Assembly: GCA_029838215.1 (NCBI GenBank)
Contig: JALGVI010000022.1
Coordinates: 1 to 39,632 of the forward strand
Source: Candidatus Helarchaeota archaeon
Lineage (GTDB): Archaea; Asgardarchaeota; Lokiarchaeia; Helarchaeales; RDOG01
Length of the DNA: 39,632 bases
Direction of reading: 5' to 3'
The translations under genes were made by a program, and so were the position numbers. Position 1 is the stretch's first letter; every line of letters starts with the position of its first letter. This document shows positions 8,370 through 18,705 of the stretch, in pieces. Under the pieces are notes generated by a model that saw only the letters and a program-made list of their open reading frames with translations, was not told the DNA's origin and did not search any database.

Positions 8370-9734
8370 CTAAACATACAATCTCAGGAAAAAGTAACCA
8401 ATCCATGCCAGTATCAAAACACCGACCGTGGAAGGTAGGACGAGATATCGCTTGATGCGAGATTCCCGCGTGTAGATGAGCACTGCAGTCAATTGTTGCA
8501 AGAGCATGTGTAACATGTTTATGACCATAGGGATGACTAAAAATGGAAAGACAAAAAACTCATAATTTTGGGCGTAATACAAGTCATCCACGACGTATGC
8601 GTTGAAGACATAATAGATATTCACTGCAACGATGCAATTAATGTAAACGAGAAATTGATACACGTAGTTTTCCTTGAATGTATCGGACGTATCCAGCAGG
8701 TAGCTAGGGATCAAAACCCACGGAAAGTACCATATTGCAATATATGGTTGGAAAATGAAGAAAATAAAAAGAACGGGAATGAGCATTCGTTTTATTGCAT
8801 CGATGGGTTCGAAATCTTTACGCACTTGCCAGACGCTATAGCCGATTATGAGGGAAAATGCCACGACATTTGCAGCCATTTTTATCATTGATTTTGTCAG
8901 GGATGTATAAGGTATTAAGGGTAATAGAAAGAAATAGGGCAAGTTCAAGGGATGTCCTTCAGGCATCATGAGCGGAGAAAGAAAGAAATACACCAAGTTA
9001 ATAAAGATCCATGTCACGGATTCATTAAAGATGATGAATTTAAGAATCGAGAAGGGTAGATAAACAGCAAGGAAGATCCCGACCGTTCCCAAGACCATCA
9101 GAACGAAACTCTTGATTTTTTTATTCTTTAAATAATAAAGTCCGAGAGGGATGATCAAGATCACGGGAAAGATTTTTACCATGACACCCAATCCGATGGA
9201 CAACCCAACGATTAAAGGATTATCCCGCAGGAAGAAGTCGAAGGCAAGCATGAGGAAGAGAATCATCAAGATGTCATTGTTTATCGCATCAATGACGAAT
9301 AAAATGAGAACGGGACTCACGATAAACCAAATCAATCGCCAATTCTTACTCTTGATTTTCATCTGTTTCATGATATCCCAGGCGACAATCATGCACGCAA
9401 AGAAAATCAAAGATTGGAATATCCTGGCAATGGTTGGATTCATTCCAAAGATACCAAACAAGAGAAAATAGAATTCCGCAAGAAGTGGATACCACGGCGT
9501 GTAATGAATGAATGGAATGTGTCCACTTAATAAATGCGCGGCATCAATGGCATAAAAATGGCGAAAATCCAAACAACCGCGTGCGGGCAGGAAGAACCAG
9601 ATGACATTTATTATCACCAGAAGGATGCCCGTAGCCAACAAGAATCTTGGAAAAGATAATTCAATTATCGTGGTCTTGAGGCGTTCATAATTTTCCGTTA
9701 AAAGAGCAAGTTTGGAGGAATCGTTCGTGGTCAT
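8370..9734 (-). CDS. GT-C superfamily glycosyltransferase, GT87/DUF2029-like (copy 3)
   Basis: LDFRHFY, YTPWYP, NNDILM, GLGVMVKIFP; multi-TM. Confidence 0.75.
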   Translation of the reverse strand: MTTNDSSKLALLTENYERLKTTIIELSFPRFLLATGILLVIINVIWFFLPARGCLDFRHFYAIDAAHLLSGHIPFIHYTPWYPLLAEFYFLLFGIFGMNPTIARIFQSLIFFACMIVAWDIMKQMKIKSKNWRLIWFIVSPVLILFVIDAINNDILMILFLMLAFDFFLRDNPLIVGLSIGLGVMVKIFPVILIIPLGLYYLKNKKIKSFVLMVLGTVGIFLAVYLPFSILKFIIFNESVTWIFINLVYFFLSPLMMPEGHPLNLPYFFLLPLIPYTSLTKSMIKMAANVVAFSLIIGYSVWQVRKDFEPIDAIKRMLIPVLFIFFIFQPYIAIWYFPWVLIPSYLLDTSDTFKENYVYQFLVYINCIVAVNIYYVFNAYVVDDLYYAQNYEFFVFPFLVIPMVINMLHMLLQQLTAVLIYTRESRIKRYLVLPSTVGVLILAWIGYFFLRLYV

Positions 9735-9773
9735 TCTATTCTCTCGTTATCATTTATTCTTTTTATTTCTTAT

Positions 9774-11135
9774 TCAAGCATAATAAAATAGGAAGAAATA
9801 GACGAGTCCCAAATAAGACAACACGGTCAGGAAGACCGCAATGGGAAGGACAATGTAACGACGTTTTGGCGATTCATCCAGCATTATCAACAAGGCGGTG
9901 ACCTGCTTGAGCGTGACGCCGAGGAAATTTATGAACATCGGGATTACCAATGAAGGCGTGATAGGAAATTCATAAAAATTGGCGAAAAGCAAATCTCCAA
10001 TCACGTAAGTATTAAAGTCATAATGAATTTTTTGAGTGACGGTGTTACTAAATAAAATATATGGTTGATAAATGTAATTTTCACGGAACGGATTTGGAGT
10101 ATTGCGAAGGTACCTAGGTGCCAGTATCCACGGCGTGTACCAGCCGGGCATGTAAGGTTGAAACATGAAAAAAATGAAGAGACCCGGAATTATGACGTCT
10201 TGCACGGTTTCAATGGGATCACGTTTTTTTCGTAACTGCCAAGAACAATAAATTACCAACAGGGAAACGGCAAGGGCATTTGCAATTAACTTCAAGAAAG
10301 ATTTTGAAATTGGAGTATAAGGTATGAGCGGCAAGAAGAAAAAATAAGGCAAACTAAGAGGATGACCTTCTGGCATCATGAGCGGAGCCAGAAAGAAAAA
10401 AATATAGTTTCCTATCAAGGCGTAAAAAGGTTGGTTTAACATGACAACTCGAATCACGGAAAATGGTAAATAACAAAGAAAATAGATTCCAATGGTCGAG
10501 ATAAAGAGAAGAATGATATCCTTAAACTGTTTATTGCGAATGTAATATAATGAAAGAGGCACGAAAAGAATGATCGGGAAGATTTTTACCATGATTCCGA
10601 GCCCGATAAATAACCCGGCAAGAGCAGGATTTTTTCGCAGGAAGCAATCCAATGCTAAAAGGAGGAACAAGATCATCAAGACATCAAAATTGAGGGTAAA
10701 TAAGACGTACAACAGGAGAATTGGGCTTCCAACGAACCATATTAAATGCCAGTTAATCTTTTTGATGTTCAATAGCGTCATCAAATCATACATCACGAGA
10801 AAACAAGCAAATAAAACAACGGTTTGGACGATTCGCGCAAGGATGACGTTCATGTCAAGGAGTGCAAATAATACGAAATAAAGATCTGCCAAAAGAGGAT
10901 ACCATGGAATATAGTGAACATACGGAACTAATGGGCTTAAAAAAAGCACCGCATCAGGAGAATAAAAATAAAGAAAGTCATAACCAGCCCGAATGCGGAA
11001 GATGATGCTAAAAATGTTAAAAACTACAAGAAAAACAATTACAACGAGCAAGTATCTCTTAAATGACAAGTTGATGAATTTCTCTTTCCATTCGTGCAAT
11101 AGTGCCATCGTGTTTTCGGTAAGAGATGTCATCAT
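9774..11135 (-). CDS. GT-C superfamily glycosyltransferase, GT87/DUF2029-like (copy 2)
   Basis: YDFLYFY, YIPWYP, NFDVLM, GLGIMVKIFP, PLMMPEGHPLSLPY. Confidence 0.75.
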   Translation of the reverse strand: MMTSLTENTMALLHEWKEKFINLSFKRYLLVVIVFLVVFNIFSIIFRIRAGYDFLYFYSPDAVLFLSPLVPYVHYIPWYPLLADLYFVLFALLDMNVILARIVQTVVLFACFLVMYDLMTLLNIKKINWHLIWFVGSPILLLYVLFTLNFDVLMILFLLLALDCFLRKNPALAGLFIGLGIMVKIFPIILFVPLSLYYIRNKQFKDIILLFISTIGIYFLCYLPFSVIRVVMLNQPFYALIGNYIFFFLAPLMMPEGHPLSLPYFFFLPLIPYTPISKSFLKLIANALAVSLLVIYCSWQLRKKRDPIETVQDVIIPGLFIFFMFQPYMPGWYTPWILAPRYLRNTPNPFRENYIYQPYILFSNTVTQKIHYDFNTYVIGDLLFANFYEFPITPSLVIPMFINFLGVTLKQVTALLIMLDESPKRRYIVLPIAVFLTVLSYLGLVYFFLFYYA

Positions 11136-11185
11136 GCCGATCCAATAATCATTTTTTCTTTAAAACTTTGTTTAGGTAATAAGAA

Positions 11186-12532
11186 TTAATAAAAAAGCAA
11201 GGCGAAAAGCCCGACAATAGCAATTATAGACAATATTATCGTGCAGGGGATGAGTATAACGCGTTTCTTATGGGACTCATTTAATACAAGAGTCATAACG
11301 GAGAGTTGTTTTAGTGCAAGACCCACGATTACAATAAAAATGGGGAATAATAGGATCGGCGTGATGGCAAAACGCCCGCCTACAAAATAGGTCGGGTCTT
11401 TTTCAATATTAAACTTGAAAAGAAAATTGATATTCAGGGAAACGAGCAGGTTGAACAACACGGGGGGTTGGTAGATGTAATTCTCGAATAGAGGGTCTTC
11501 AACTCGACGAAGGTATCGAGGAACCAAAACCCAAGGCACGTACCATGGTGTTATATATGGTTGAAAGAGAAAAAACAGGAAAATACTCGGTATCATCACG
11601 GACTGAAGGGCATCTCGTGGCTCAAGCCTTTTCTTAAATCCATAAATACAATAGGAAATTAGCAAAGAAAACGCCACGACATTCGCAATGTTTTTCAGGA
11701 TAGAACGCGGAACGATGGCAAAAAATAGGCAATACGGCAAGTTCAGAGGGTGCATTTCAAAAAAGAGAAGAGGTGCAAGGAAGAATTCAATGAAATTAAG
11801 GAAAAATGAAAGAAGAGAATCTTGGAAAATGATGAAATGAAGAATTGAAAAAGGAAGATAAATCAGAAAACATGTAAGAAGACACGAGATAAGGCAGGCG
11901 AGTAGTCTTTTCCAAGACTTTGCACGCACGTAAAAAAGCAATACCACGATTAAGAACGTGATGGGAAATATTTTTACCAGCATTCCAATGGCGATAAAAA
12001 CACCAGTTAGCATACCCTGCTCCCGCAAGAAGCAATCCATTGCAAGGAGCAAGAACAAGAGCATTAGGATGTCGAAATTGATGTTAAATAAGGAAAAATA
12101 GATGAGAATGGGACTACCCATGAACCAGAGTAGGTGCCAGTTCGGGTTTTTAAAATTCAACAGGGAGGAAATATCCCTGAACACGAGCATGCAAGAAATA
12201 AGCAGCATTGATTGGAAAATTCGTGCAATGATAGGATTCATTCCAAAAAGCCCGAAGAGAGCAAAATAATACTCTGCCACGATGGGATAGACTGGAGTGA
12301 AATGAACATAGGGAATCTTGCCCGAAAGAATTTGAATTGCTTCAATAGTATAAAAATGACAAAAATCATATCCTGCAGGAACCTGCAATAAGGCAAAAAG
12401 AACGTTAACGACCGTGAGAATGCCGACATTTATTAGCATTATTCTAGGTAATGACAAGGACGAAATGAAATTCTTGAAATTATCAAATCTAGATTCATTC
12501 GCCATCATAATCGGGTCCATTTTTTCGTTCAT
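11186..12532 (-). CDS. GT-C superfamily glycosyltransferase, GT87/DUF2029-like (copy 1)
   Basis: YDFCHFY, FTPVYP, NFDILM, AIGMLVKIFP, HPLNLPY. Confidence 0.75.
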   Translation of the reverse strand: MNEKMDPIMMANESRFDNFKNFISSLSLPRIMLINVGILTVVNVLFALLQVPAGYDFCHFYTIEAIQILSGKIPYVHFTPVYPIVAEYYFALFGLFGMNPIIARIFQSMLLISCMLVFRDISSLLNFKNPNWHLLWFMGSPILIYFSLFNINFDILMLLFLLLAMDCFLREQGMLTGVFIAIGMLVKIFPITFLIVVLLFYVRAKSWKRLLACLISCLLTCFLIYLPFSILHFIIFQDSLLSFFLNFIEFFLAPLLFFEMHPLNLPYCLFFAIVPRSILKNIANVVAFSLLISYCIYGFKKRLEPRDALQSVMIPSIFLFFLFQPYITPWYVPWVLVPRYLRRVEDPLFENYIYQPPVLFNLLVSLNINFLFKFNIEKDPTYFVGGRFAITPILLFPIFIVIVGLALKQLSVMTLVLNESHKKRVILIPCTIILSIIAIVGLFALLFY

Positions 12533-12603
12533 TGGTTCCTGTTTGTTAATCAGATCATTTTAATCATTTTTAACGATAAATTTAAAACTATTCTTATCAT
12601 AAA

Positions 12604-13440
12604 ATGAAAAATATATTAGAAGTCTTGAAATGGAGTGTCAATAACATGGATTTAAACCTTGCAGATAAAGTAGTCCTCGTTACGGGTGGCTCGAAGGGAA
12701 TAGGAAGAGCCATTGCCTTAAAATTTGCCGCTGAAGGATGTAAAAAATTAATTATCTGTGCGCGCACAGAAAAGACCTTGATGGAGACAAGAAACGAAAT
12801 AAACACCAAGTTCGGCATTGATGTTCTAGCCGTGGTAACGGATCTCACCAAAACGAAAGACATTGACCATTTAGCAGAAATCATTCAGGATCGTTTCGGA
12901 GGCATCGACATTCTAATAAATAATACAGGCGGTCCTCCCCCGGGAGAATTCAAGGATTTTTCTCTCAAAGACTGGCAAGATGCCGTCTCGCTAAACTTAT
13001 TCAGCGTGATTTATTGTTGCCAGAAATTCCTGCCTCGCATGAAAGAGAAAGGCTGGGGGCGAATCATCAACATGACGTCAGTTTCCGTGAAGCAACCGTC
13101 AAATAACATCATCCTGTCAAATGTCGTGAGGTCGGGAGTCGTAGGACTGACAAAGAGCATGTCAAATGAGCTTGCTCGGCATAACATCTTGATAAACGCG
13201 GTTGCGCCCGGCTACACCGAAACGGATCGAGTAAAACAGATCGTGGAGAGAAATTCCCGGCGAGACAAGATATCTGTTGAAGAAGTTAGAAGGAGAATTA
13301 TAGAGCAAATACCAATAAAAAGGATAGGAACACCTGAGGAAATTGCTAATGTCGTCGTGTTTTTGGCATCAGATCAGGCGAGTTATGTTACGGGAGTGAA
13401 CATTCAGGTGGATGGAGGTTTCGTCAAGGGGATTTCATGA
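12604..13440 (+). CDS. SDR-family oxidoreductase (atypical BKR-like subgroup)
   Basis: TGGSKGIG, NNTGG, NAVAPG, DGG; SNVVR stands where YxxxK normally is. Likely start ATG 12646. Confidence 0.9.
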   Translation: MKNILEVLKWSVNNMDLNLADKVVLVTGGSKGIGRAIALKFAAEGCKKLIICARTEKTLMETRNEINTKFGIDVLAVVTDLTKTKDIDHLAEIIQDRFGGIDILINNTGGPPPGEFKDFSLKDWQDAVSLNLFSVIYCCQKFLPRMKEKGWGRIINMTSVSVKQPSNNIILSNVVRSGVVGLTKSMSNELARHNILINAVAPGYTETDRVKQIVERNSRRDKISVEEVRRRIIEQIPIKRIGTPEEIANVVVFLASDQASYVTGVNIQVDGGFVKGIS

Positions 13441-14274
13441 AGAATTCAAGTCATTCTTAAAGTAAAATTCTGGTCGACGATCCATTAGCACGTTATTAAA
13501 TGCATTTATTTTTTTATTGCGTGAGAGAGAAGTGTCAATTGTGGCATGAAGGATCTCTTCTTGATCTTCGCTTGCCCTGCACAGGACCTTTCCTGTCGGG
13601 TCCGTGATCTGGCTCATTCCGATGAAGGTCAGATCGCCTTCAACACCTATTCTATTTGCAAGCAAGATTGCAACGCGGCTCCATTTTGAGTGGCAGATGT
13701 TACCGATATACGCACCTTCTCTGATGACGGCGTTCATCGGATGCGCGATGATGTCGGCACCCATCATGGCAAGCGTGCGGGGAAATTCGGGAAAAAACCA
13801 ATCAAAACACACCATCGTTCCCACCTTGACGTCACCCATGTCAAACAGTCGTGGGGGCTTGCTTCCTGCAAGAAAATAAAGTTTTTCCCGCGAGTAAAGG
13901 TGAATTTTACGATACGTTTGGATGTAACCTTCAGGTCCGAAGACCACGGCAGAGTTGTAGAGACCCTCATCAGTTTTTTCGTCAATTCCCGAAACAATGT
14001 AGACGGAATGATCTCTTGCAAGATCGTCTAATAGACGGCAACTCTTTGAATTGGGTATTTGTTCGGCATTTCGCACGGCATCTTTTTCTTTCTCGAAATT
14101 GTAACCGGAGAATGCCAGCTCGGGCAAAACGATTAATTGAGGTTCTTTTGATAGCGCCTCGAGTATTTTTTCTTGGACCCTTTCTCTATTCTCCTCGAGT
14201 GCATTGAGGAGCGGTTCGAATTGGATGACGGCTACGGGAACTTTTTGTCTTTCAGGCATTATCCTTCTTCCCAT
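13435..14274 (-). CDS. Carbon-nitrogen hydrolase (nitrilase superfamily)
   Basis: Catalytic E-K-C triad: LPELAFSGY, YRKIHL, VCFDWFFPE. Confidence 0.92.
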   Translation of the reverse strand: MGRRIMPERQKVPVAVIQFEPLLNALEENRERVQEKILEALSKEPQLIVLPELAFSGYNFEKEKDAVRNAEQIPNSKSCRLLDDLARDHSVYIVSGIDEKTDEGLYNSAVVFGPEGYIQTYRKIHLYSREKLYFLAGSKPPRLFDMGDVKVGTMVCFDWFFPEFPRTLAMMGADIIAHPMNAVIREGAYIGNICHSKWSRVAILLANRIGVEGDLTFIGMSQITDPTGKVLCRASEDQEEILHATIDTSLSRNKKINAFNNVLMDRRPEFYFKNDLNSS

Positions 14275-14295
14275 GAATCGTTTTTAGTCAATAAA

Positions 14296-15663
14296 TTAAT
14301 ATTTTTTGGCGAGATTATAGAAGAACTTGGTGGCAAACATTAAATTGTCCACGGATATTCGTTCATTATAACCGTGAGGCATTTCACCCATTTCCCTGAT
14401 GGTCATTCCTTCATCAATTTTCATGGGAACAAAGCCAAAGGCATTCATTCCCTTGTTACGGAAGTGAAGAAGATCGGTCGAACCGGGACTTAAAATCGGA
14501 ACTAATTTGGCACCGGGTTCAACCTCTTGGATTGTTTCCTTAATTTGGTTGTAAAATGGAACACTTGTCGGCGTGTAGCCGCCGGGTTGGTCGATAATCG
14601 GTTCCCATTCGACCGCTTCATATAGTTTTTTCCCGAGCACCTCACGCAGAATTCTATTCAGGTCATTTCGATCGTATCCGGGCAGGAATCGCACGTCGAT
14701 TGCACCTTCACACTCGCCAGGAATTGCATTTACCTTTTCCCCTGCCTTGAGCATTGTTGGCGTGATTTTATTTTGCACCAGCGGAAAGATCAATTGCCCG
14801 ATATCCTCTCCAAATATTTTTCCTGCGAGCCAGACAGCACCCTTCATCGTCAACTTTGTTGTTAGAAGCTTCCTTGCGATCGAAGGCAGGCTGATATTAG
14901 CGGCGGTCTCTCGAAAAATGTCTTGAATGATGATTGGTGGCTTGTATTTACTTAACTTGTCAAGGACTTCTTTCATTTTGATTATTGCCATTTCTTTTGG
15001 CTTGCCAGGTATCGAGCCGTGTCCTGCAGGACCAAAAGTGCGGAATTTCGTCCAAAAAATGCCTTTTTCGGCAATTTGGATTAGAAAATTTGGGTTCTTA
15101 CCACCTATCGGAAGAACGCTACCCCCGCCTTCGGAAATCACGTTATCAGCCTTAATTTTTTCAAAGTGTTCCGGCTGATTTAAAAGCCATCCGGGACCAA
15201 AATGTCCGCCTGCTTCTTCATCGGCTGTGGCAGCGTAAATGATGTCCCCTTTCGGTCGATATCCCTCGCGATGAATTCTCAAGAATGCCATTAATTCAGC
15301 GACAACAGAACCTTTCATGTCAAGAGCCCCCCGCCCCCAGATAAAACCATCCCGTAATTCACCTGAGAAGGGAGGCACGTCCCATTTATCTAAATCACCT
15401 GCAGGAACGACATCGAGGTGCCCGATCAGAAGCAAGGATGGCCCATTTCCAGATCCCTTAATGCGAGTAATGACGTTGCCGCGTCCGGGAGCACTTTCTA
15501 TTAATTCCGTATCGAAACCTTCAGATTGGAGCTTGTCTTGAATGTACTCCGCCGCTTTCGTTTCATTTCCGGGCGGGTTCGTGGTGTCAATTCGTATTAA
15601 ATCTTGGAGTGTTTGAATTGCCTCCTTCTTGAACGAAGGATCATCGAAATACTCGTCTGACAT
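14296..15663 (-). CDS. M20/M25/M40 metallopeptidase (ArgE/DapE/aminoacylase-like)
   Basis: GHLDVV, GRGALDMKG, ADEEAGG, SEGG, PHGYNER. Confidence 0.92.
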   Translation of the reverse strand: MSDEYFDDPSFKKEAIQTLQDLIRIDTTNPPGNETKAAEYIQDKLQSEGFDTELIESAPGRGNVITRIKGSGNGPSLLLIGHLDVVPAGDLDKWDVPPFSGELRDGFIWGRGALDMKGSVVAELMAFLRIHREGYRPKGDIIYAATADEEAGGHFGPGWLLNQPEHFEKIKADNVISEGGGSVLPIGGKNPNFLIQIAEKGIFWTKFRTFGPAGHGSIPGKPKEMAIIKMKEVLDKLSKYKPPIIIQDIFRETAANISLPSIARKLLTTKLTMKGAVWLAGKIFGEDIGQLIFPLVQNKITPTMLKAGEKVNAIPGECEGAIDVRFLPGYDRNDLNRILREVLGKKLYEAVEWEPIIDQPGGYTPTSVPFYNQIKETIQEVEPGAKLVPILSPGSTDLLHFRNKGMNAFGFVPMKIDEGMTIREMGEMPHGYNERISVDNLMFATKFFYNLAKKY

Positions 15664-15843
15664 GATAAATTTACCTTCAAATCTCGAAATTTAATCATTA
15701 GAAAATTGAATATCTTGCCAAGTTTCTTCTCAATTCGATATTACAATGAGCATATAGATGATGCCTCAACTTCACTTTTAATCTTGTCACGATGCAAAAC
15801 AGACTTGAAAGGAAATAAACAAAAATACGAAACGACCGAAATT

Positions 15844-16797
15844 TCAGGGGAATTTATTTCGACAGGGAACGTGAAAGTGGTTGAGAATTTTCAATAAGTT
15901 CAAATCGCGGGAAACCACCAGTCGTTCGAAGTCCACTAAATGCGTGCCCAACGCAACCAAGGAGAGGTCATTCCAGAAAGAGGCTCTTTCGTGATTGATG
16001 CGAATCCTTGCAAGGTCTCCGTCCAACTTGATTTCTTTGTTGAGTTGGATTATCAGTTGCTTGCTGATCTTGCAAATCCAAATCGTTTCTGCAAACTTGA
16101 GAAACTGAGAATCAATGAATTCAAAATGCAATGTGATTTCGTCGTAAATGCTTGGAGTAATTAAGAAGAGAGTTGTCGTTTTTTTTCCGGCAAGATACTT
16201 GTAAAATGAATCGTTATCTTCTTGCAATGAGTAAAGAATGAAGCTAGAATCAAGAATTTGAATTTTTTTTTCGTGTTGGTATAAGTACCTGATGAGTTTT
16301 TTCAGACCAACCTTTGTAACATCGATTTTTTTCTGGATTTCCGCCTGTAATGCCTGTTGGATTTCAGCTTCCACGGGCGGCATTATGAGATCTCCAAACT
16401 CGTCCCGAAAACGCTTCAAAATTTCTCCCGTCGGCACGCCTCGAAAATTCTTGTGCCTATCAAGGACAATATTCTTGAAAAAACGAGGAATCGTTTCGTT
16501 GATTTTGAGTTTCAAATAAATTGCCTGTGAAGACCCGAAAATGCTTTCGATCTTCTTGAGAAACACCTGAAAAATCAGCCGTGCGCTCACGAACGTGTTG
16601 TCCAACTTGATTGCACGATCAAAAACTTCGTAGAAAAGCCGGTTGAAATTCTTACGTTTCCGTAGTTGTTTAATTTCAGATGGAGTCAAGTGTTCTTGCA
16701 AGATGAAATCAAAAAGTTCCAAATTTTTTTCATCCGAGAATTCAGAGTCCATTTCGGTTCGGAATTCTTCATAGATTTCTCGAGCAGGATATTTCAT
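15844..16797 (-). CDS. Protein with ~175-aa helical N-terminus and C-terminal PIN-like nuclease domain
   Basis: ILDSSF, TPSIYDEI, NDLSLVAL and VVSRDLNL supply the four acidic PIN positions in order. Confidence 0.65.
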   Translation of the reverse strand: MKYPAREIYEEFRTEMDSEFSDEKNLELFDFILQEHLTPSEIKQLRKRKNFNRLFYEVFDRAIKLDNTFVSARLIFQVFLKKIESIFGSSQAIYLKLKINETIPRFFKNIVLDRHKNFRGVPTGEILKRFRDEFGDLIMPPVEAEIQQALQAEIQKKIDVTKVGLKKLIRYLYQHEKKIQILDSSFILYSLQEDNDSFYKYLAGKKTTTLFLITPSIYDEITLHFEFIDSQFLKFAETIWICKISKQLIIQLNKEIKLDGDLARIRINHERASFWNDLSLVALGTHLVDFERLVVSRDLNLLKILNHFHVPCRNKFP

Positions 16798-16907
16798 TCG
16801 TGATCCACACGGATTTCAAGGATTTTCGTCTTTGATTTCCACATCGCTGACATGTATTTTTCTTTCGTGCGAAGTGAATCATCAATTGTCCGTAATTTTT
16901 AATGAAA

Positions 16908-17318
16908 TCAAGTAATGCTTTCAAGCAAGTTGAATTTTTTCTTGAGTATTTTTTTTGCTTCTTCCGAATCGTCAACCCGTAACACGATGATGGCTTTTTT
17001 CTGTGGTGCTACAAACGAATAGAGATATGCTATGTTGATTTTCTCGTCCCCTAAAGTTTTAGCAATCTCGTGAAGTGCACCGGGTCGATCTGGGACTTCG
17101 ATGGCGAGGACTTCGGTTTCGGAAATCAGGTAATTTTTTTCTTTCAGGATTTCTGAACATTCTTTCGGCTTATCCACGATTATGCGTAAAATTCCGTAGT
17201 CCACCGTATCGGCAACCGTTAATGCTTGCAGGTTTATTTTCTTTTCCTGAAGAAATTTCGTCATTTCAGCCAGCATTCCCGGACGATTGGGAAGAAAAAT
17301 TGAAATTTGAGTTAACAT
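16908..17318 (-). CDS. ACT-domain protein (two ACT repeats), typical paaK neighbour
   Basis: QISIFLPNRPGMLAE and LAIEVPDRPGALHE. Confidence 0.9.
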   Translation of the reverse strand: MLTQISIFLPNRPGMLAEMTKFLQEKKINLQALTVADTVDYGILRIIVDKPKECSEILKEKNYLISETEVLAIEVPDRPGALHEIAKTLGDEKINIAYLYSFVAPQKKAIIVLRVDDSEEAKKILKKKFNLLESIT

Positions 17319-17320
17319 TT

Positions 17321-18637
17321 CTATATGGCCTCCTCTTTTCTGATGTCAATAACTCTTTTTGCCTTGCCTTCACTTCTAGGGATAGTTTCAGGAGAAACGA
17401 GTTCCACGCGAGAATGAATTTGCAAGACGTTGTATAAACTATTCTCGATCTCCTGTTTGAATTTTTCGAGCTCTCCCATTTTGTCGGAGAACGTTTCGGG
17501 AGTGAGTTCGACCTTGACCTTCAAGGAGTCGACGATCTCACGATCGAGTATGATTTGATAATGTCCCGACACGCCGGGGATTTGCATGAGCACGTGTTCT
17601 ATTGCAGAAGGAAAGACGTTTATGCCTTTAACGATGAGCATGTCATCGGCACGTCCCATGATTTTTTTCATTCTGGCGTGGTATCGTCCACAATTGCATT
17701 TTTCGTGCGTTATCGTGCTGATATCATTTGTCACGTATCGCAAGAGTGGTTGTCCCGTCTTCGTGAGCGTGGTGAAGGCGAGCACGCCTTTTTCTCCAGG
17801 TGATAAGACTTCATGCGTCTTGGGATCCAATACTTCCACGAGAAAGTGGTCTTCCCAGACGTGGAGACCGTCTTTTTCGGGACACTCCACGGAAACACCG
17901 GGTCCGCACAGCTCACTCAAGCCGTAAATGTCAATGGCGTCGATGTTCAACACATCCTCGATTTTTTTTCGGAGATTGTCCGACCACGGCTCCGCACCGA
18001 ACATCCCAACCTTTAAATGAAGTTTAGAAACATCCACGTCCATTTTTTGTGCATATTCCACGATGTACAGGCTATATGAAGGGGTGCAGGTTAGAAATGT
18101 TGATTTAAAATCTTGCATGAGCATGATTTGACGTTGCGTGTTTCCTCCTGATACGGGTATTACCGTTGCACCGATTTTCTCGGCACCATAATGAAATCCG
18201 AGTCCTCCCGTAAAAAGCCCGTATCCGTAGGCGTTTTGCACCACGTCATTACTCGTCATCCCTGCACAAGCCACGGTTCGAGCCATGACTTCTGTCCATG
18301 CATCAAGATCATGTCGCGTGTAGGATACAACAGTTGGTTTTCCCGTCGTTCCCGATGACGCATGAATGCGCACGATCTCGGACATTGGCACGCAAACGAG
18401 ACCGAAAGGATAATTATCCCTCAAGTCCGTTTTGAGAGTTGGAGGAATCTTGCTAATATCTTCTAATGAGTGAATGTCATCGGGAGAAACGCCACTTTTT
18501 TTCATTCTATCGTGATAAAACTTTTGATTCTTATAACAATAGTCGACAAGCGTCTTGAGTTCCTTCAATTGAATTTTTTCAAGTTCTTCACGAGTCATCA
18601 GTTCTCGTTCTTTATTCCAGAATTGAGTTTGAACCAT
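17321..18637 (-). CDS. paaK: Phenylacetate--CoA ligase family
   Basis: RIHASSGTTGKPT, YGYGLFTGGLG, GAEPWS, YGLSE, GRADDMLIVKGINVFPS, GKAKRVID. Confidence 0.93.
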   Translation of the reverse strand: MVQTQFWNKERELMTREELEKIQLKELKTLVDYCYKNQKFYHDRMKKSGVSPDDIHSLEDISKIPPTLKTDLRDNYPFGLVCVPMSEIVRIHASSGTTGKPTVVSYTRHDLDAWTEVMARTVACAGMTSNDVVQNAYGYGLFTGGLGFHYGAEKIGATVIPVSGGNTQRQIMLMQDFKSTFLTCTPSYSLYIVEYAQKMDVDVSKLHLKVGMFGAEPWSDNLRKKIEDVLNIDAIDIYGLSELCGPGVSVECPEKDGLHVWEDHFLVEVLDPKTHEVLSPGEKGVLAFTTLTKTGQPLLRYVTNDISTITHEKCNCGRYHARMKKIMGRADDMLIVKGINVFPSAIEHVLMQIPGVSGHYQIILDREIVDSLKVKVELTPETFSDKMGELEKFKQEIENSLYNVLQIHSRVELVSPETIPRSEGKAKRVIDIRKEEAI

Positions 18638-18705
18638 GAACTCACCAATACTCGAATATTTTTAGTAAATAAAAAGGAAAAAAAATTTGAGAAGAAATTC
18701 AGCAA

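Noticed and set aside
12604-13440. Loss of catalytic Tyr in the SDR as a novelty
   Set aside because: SNxxR in place of YxxxK is a known feature of an atypical BKR-like SDR subgroup.
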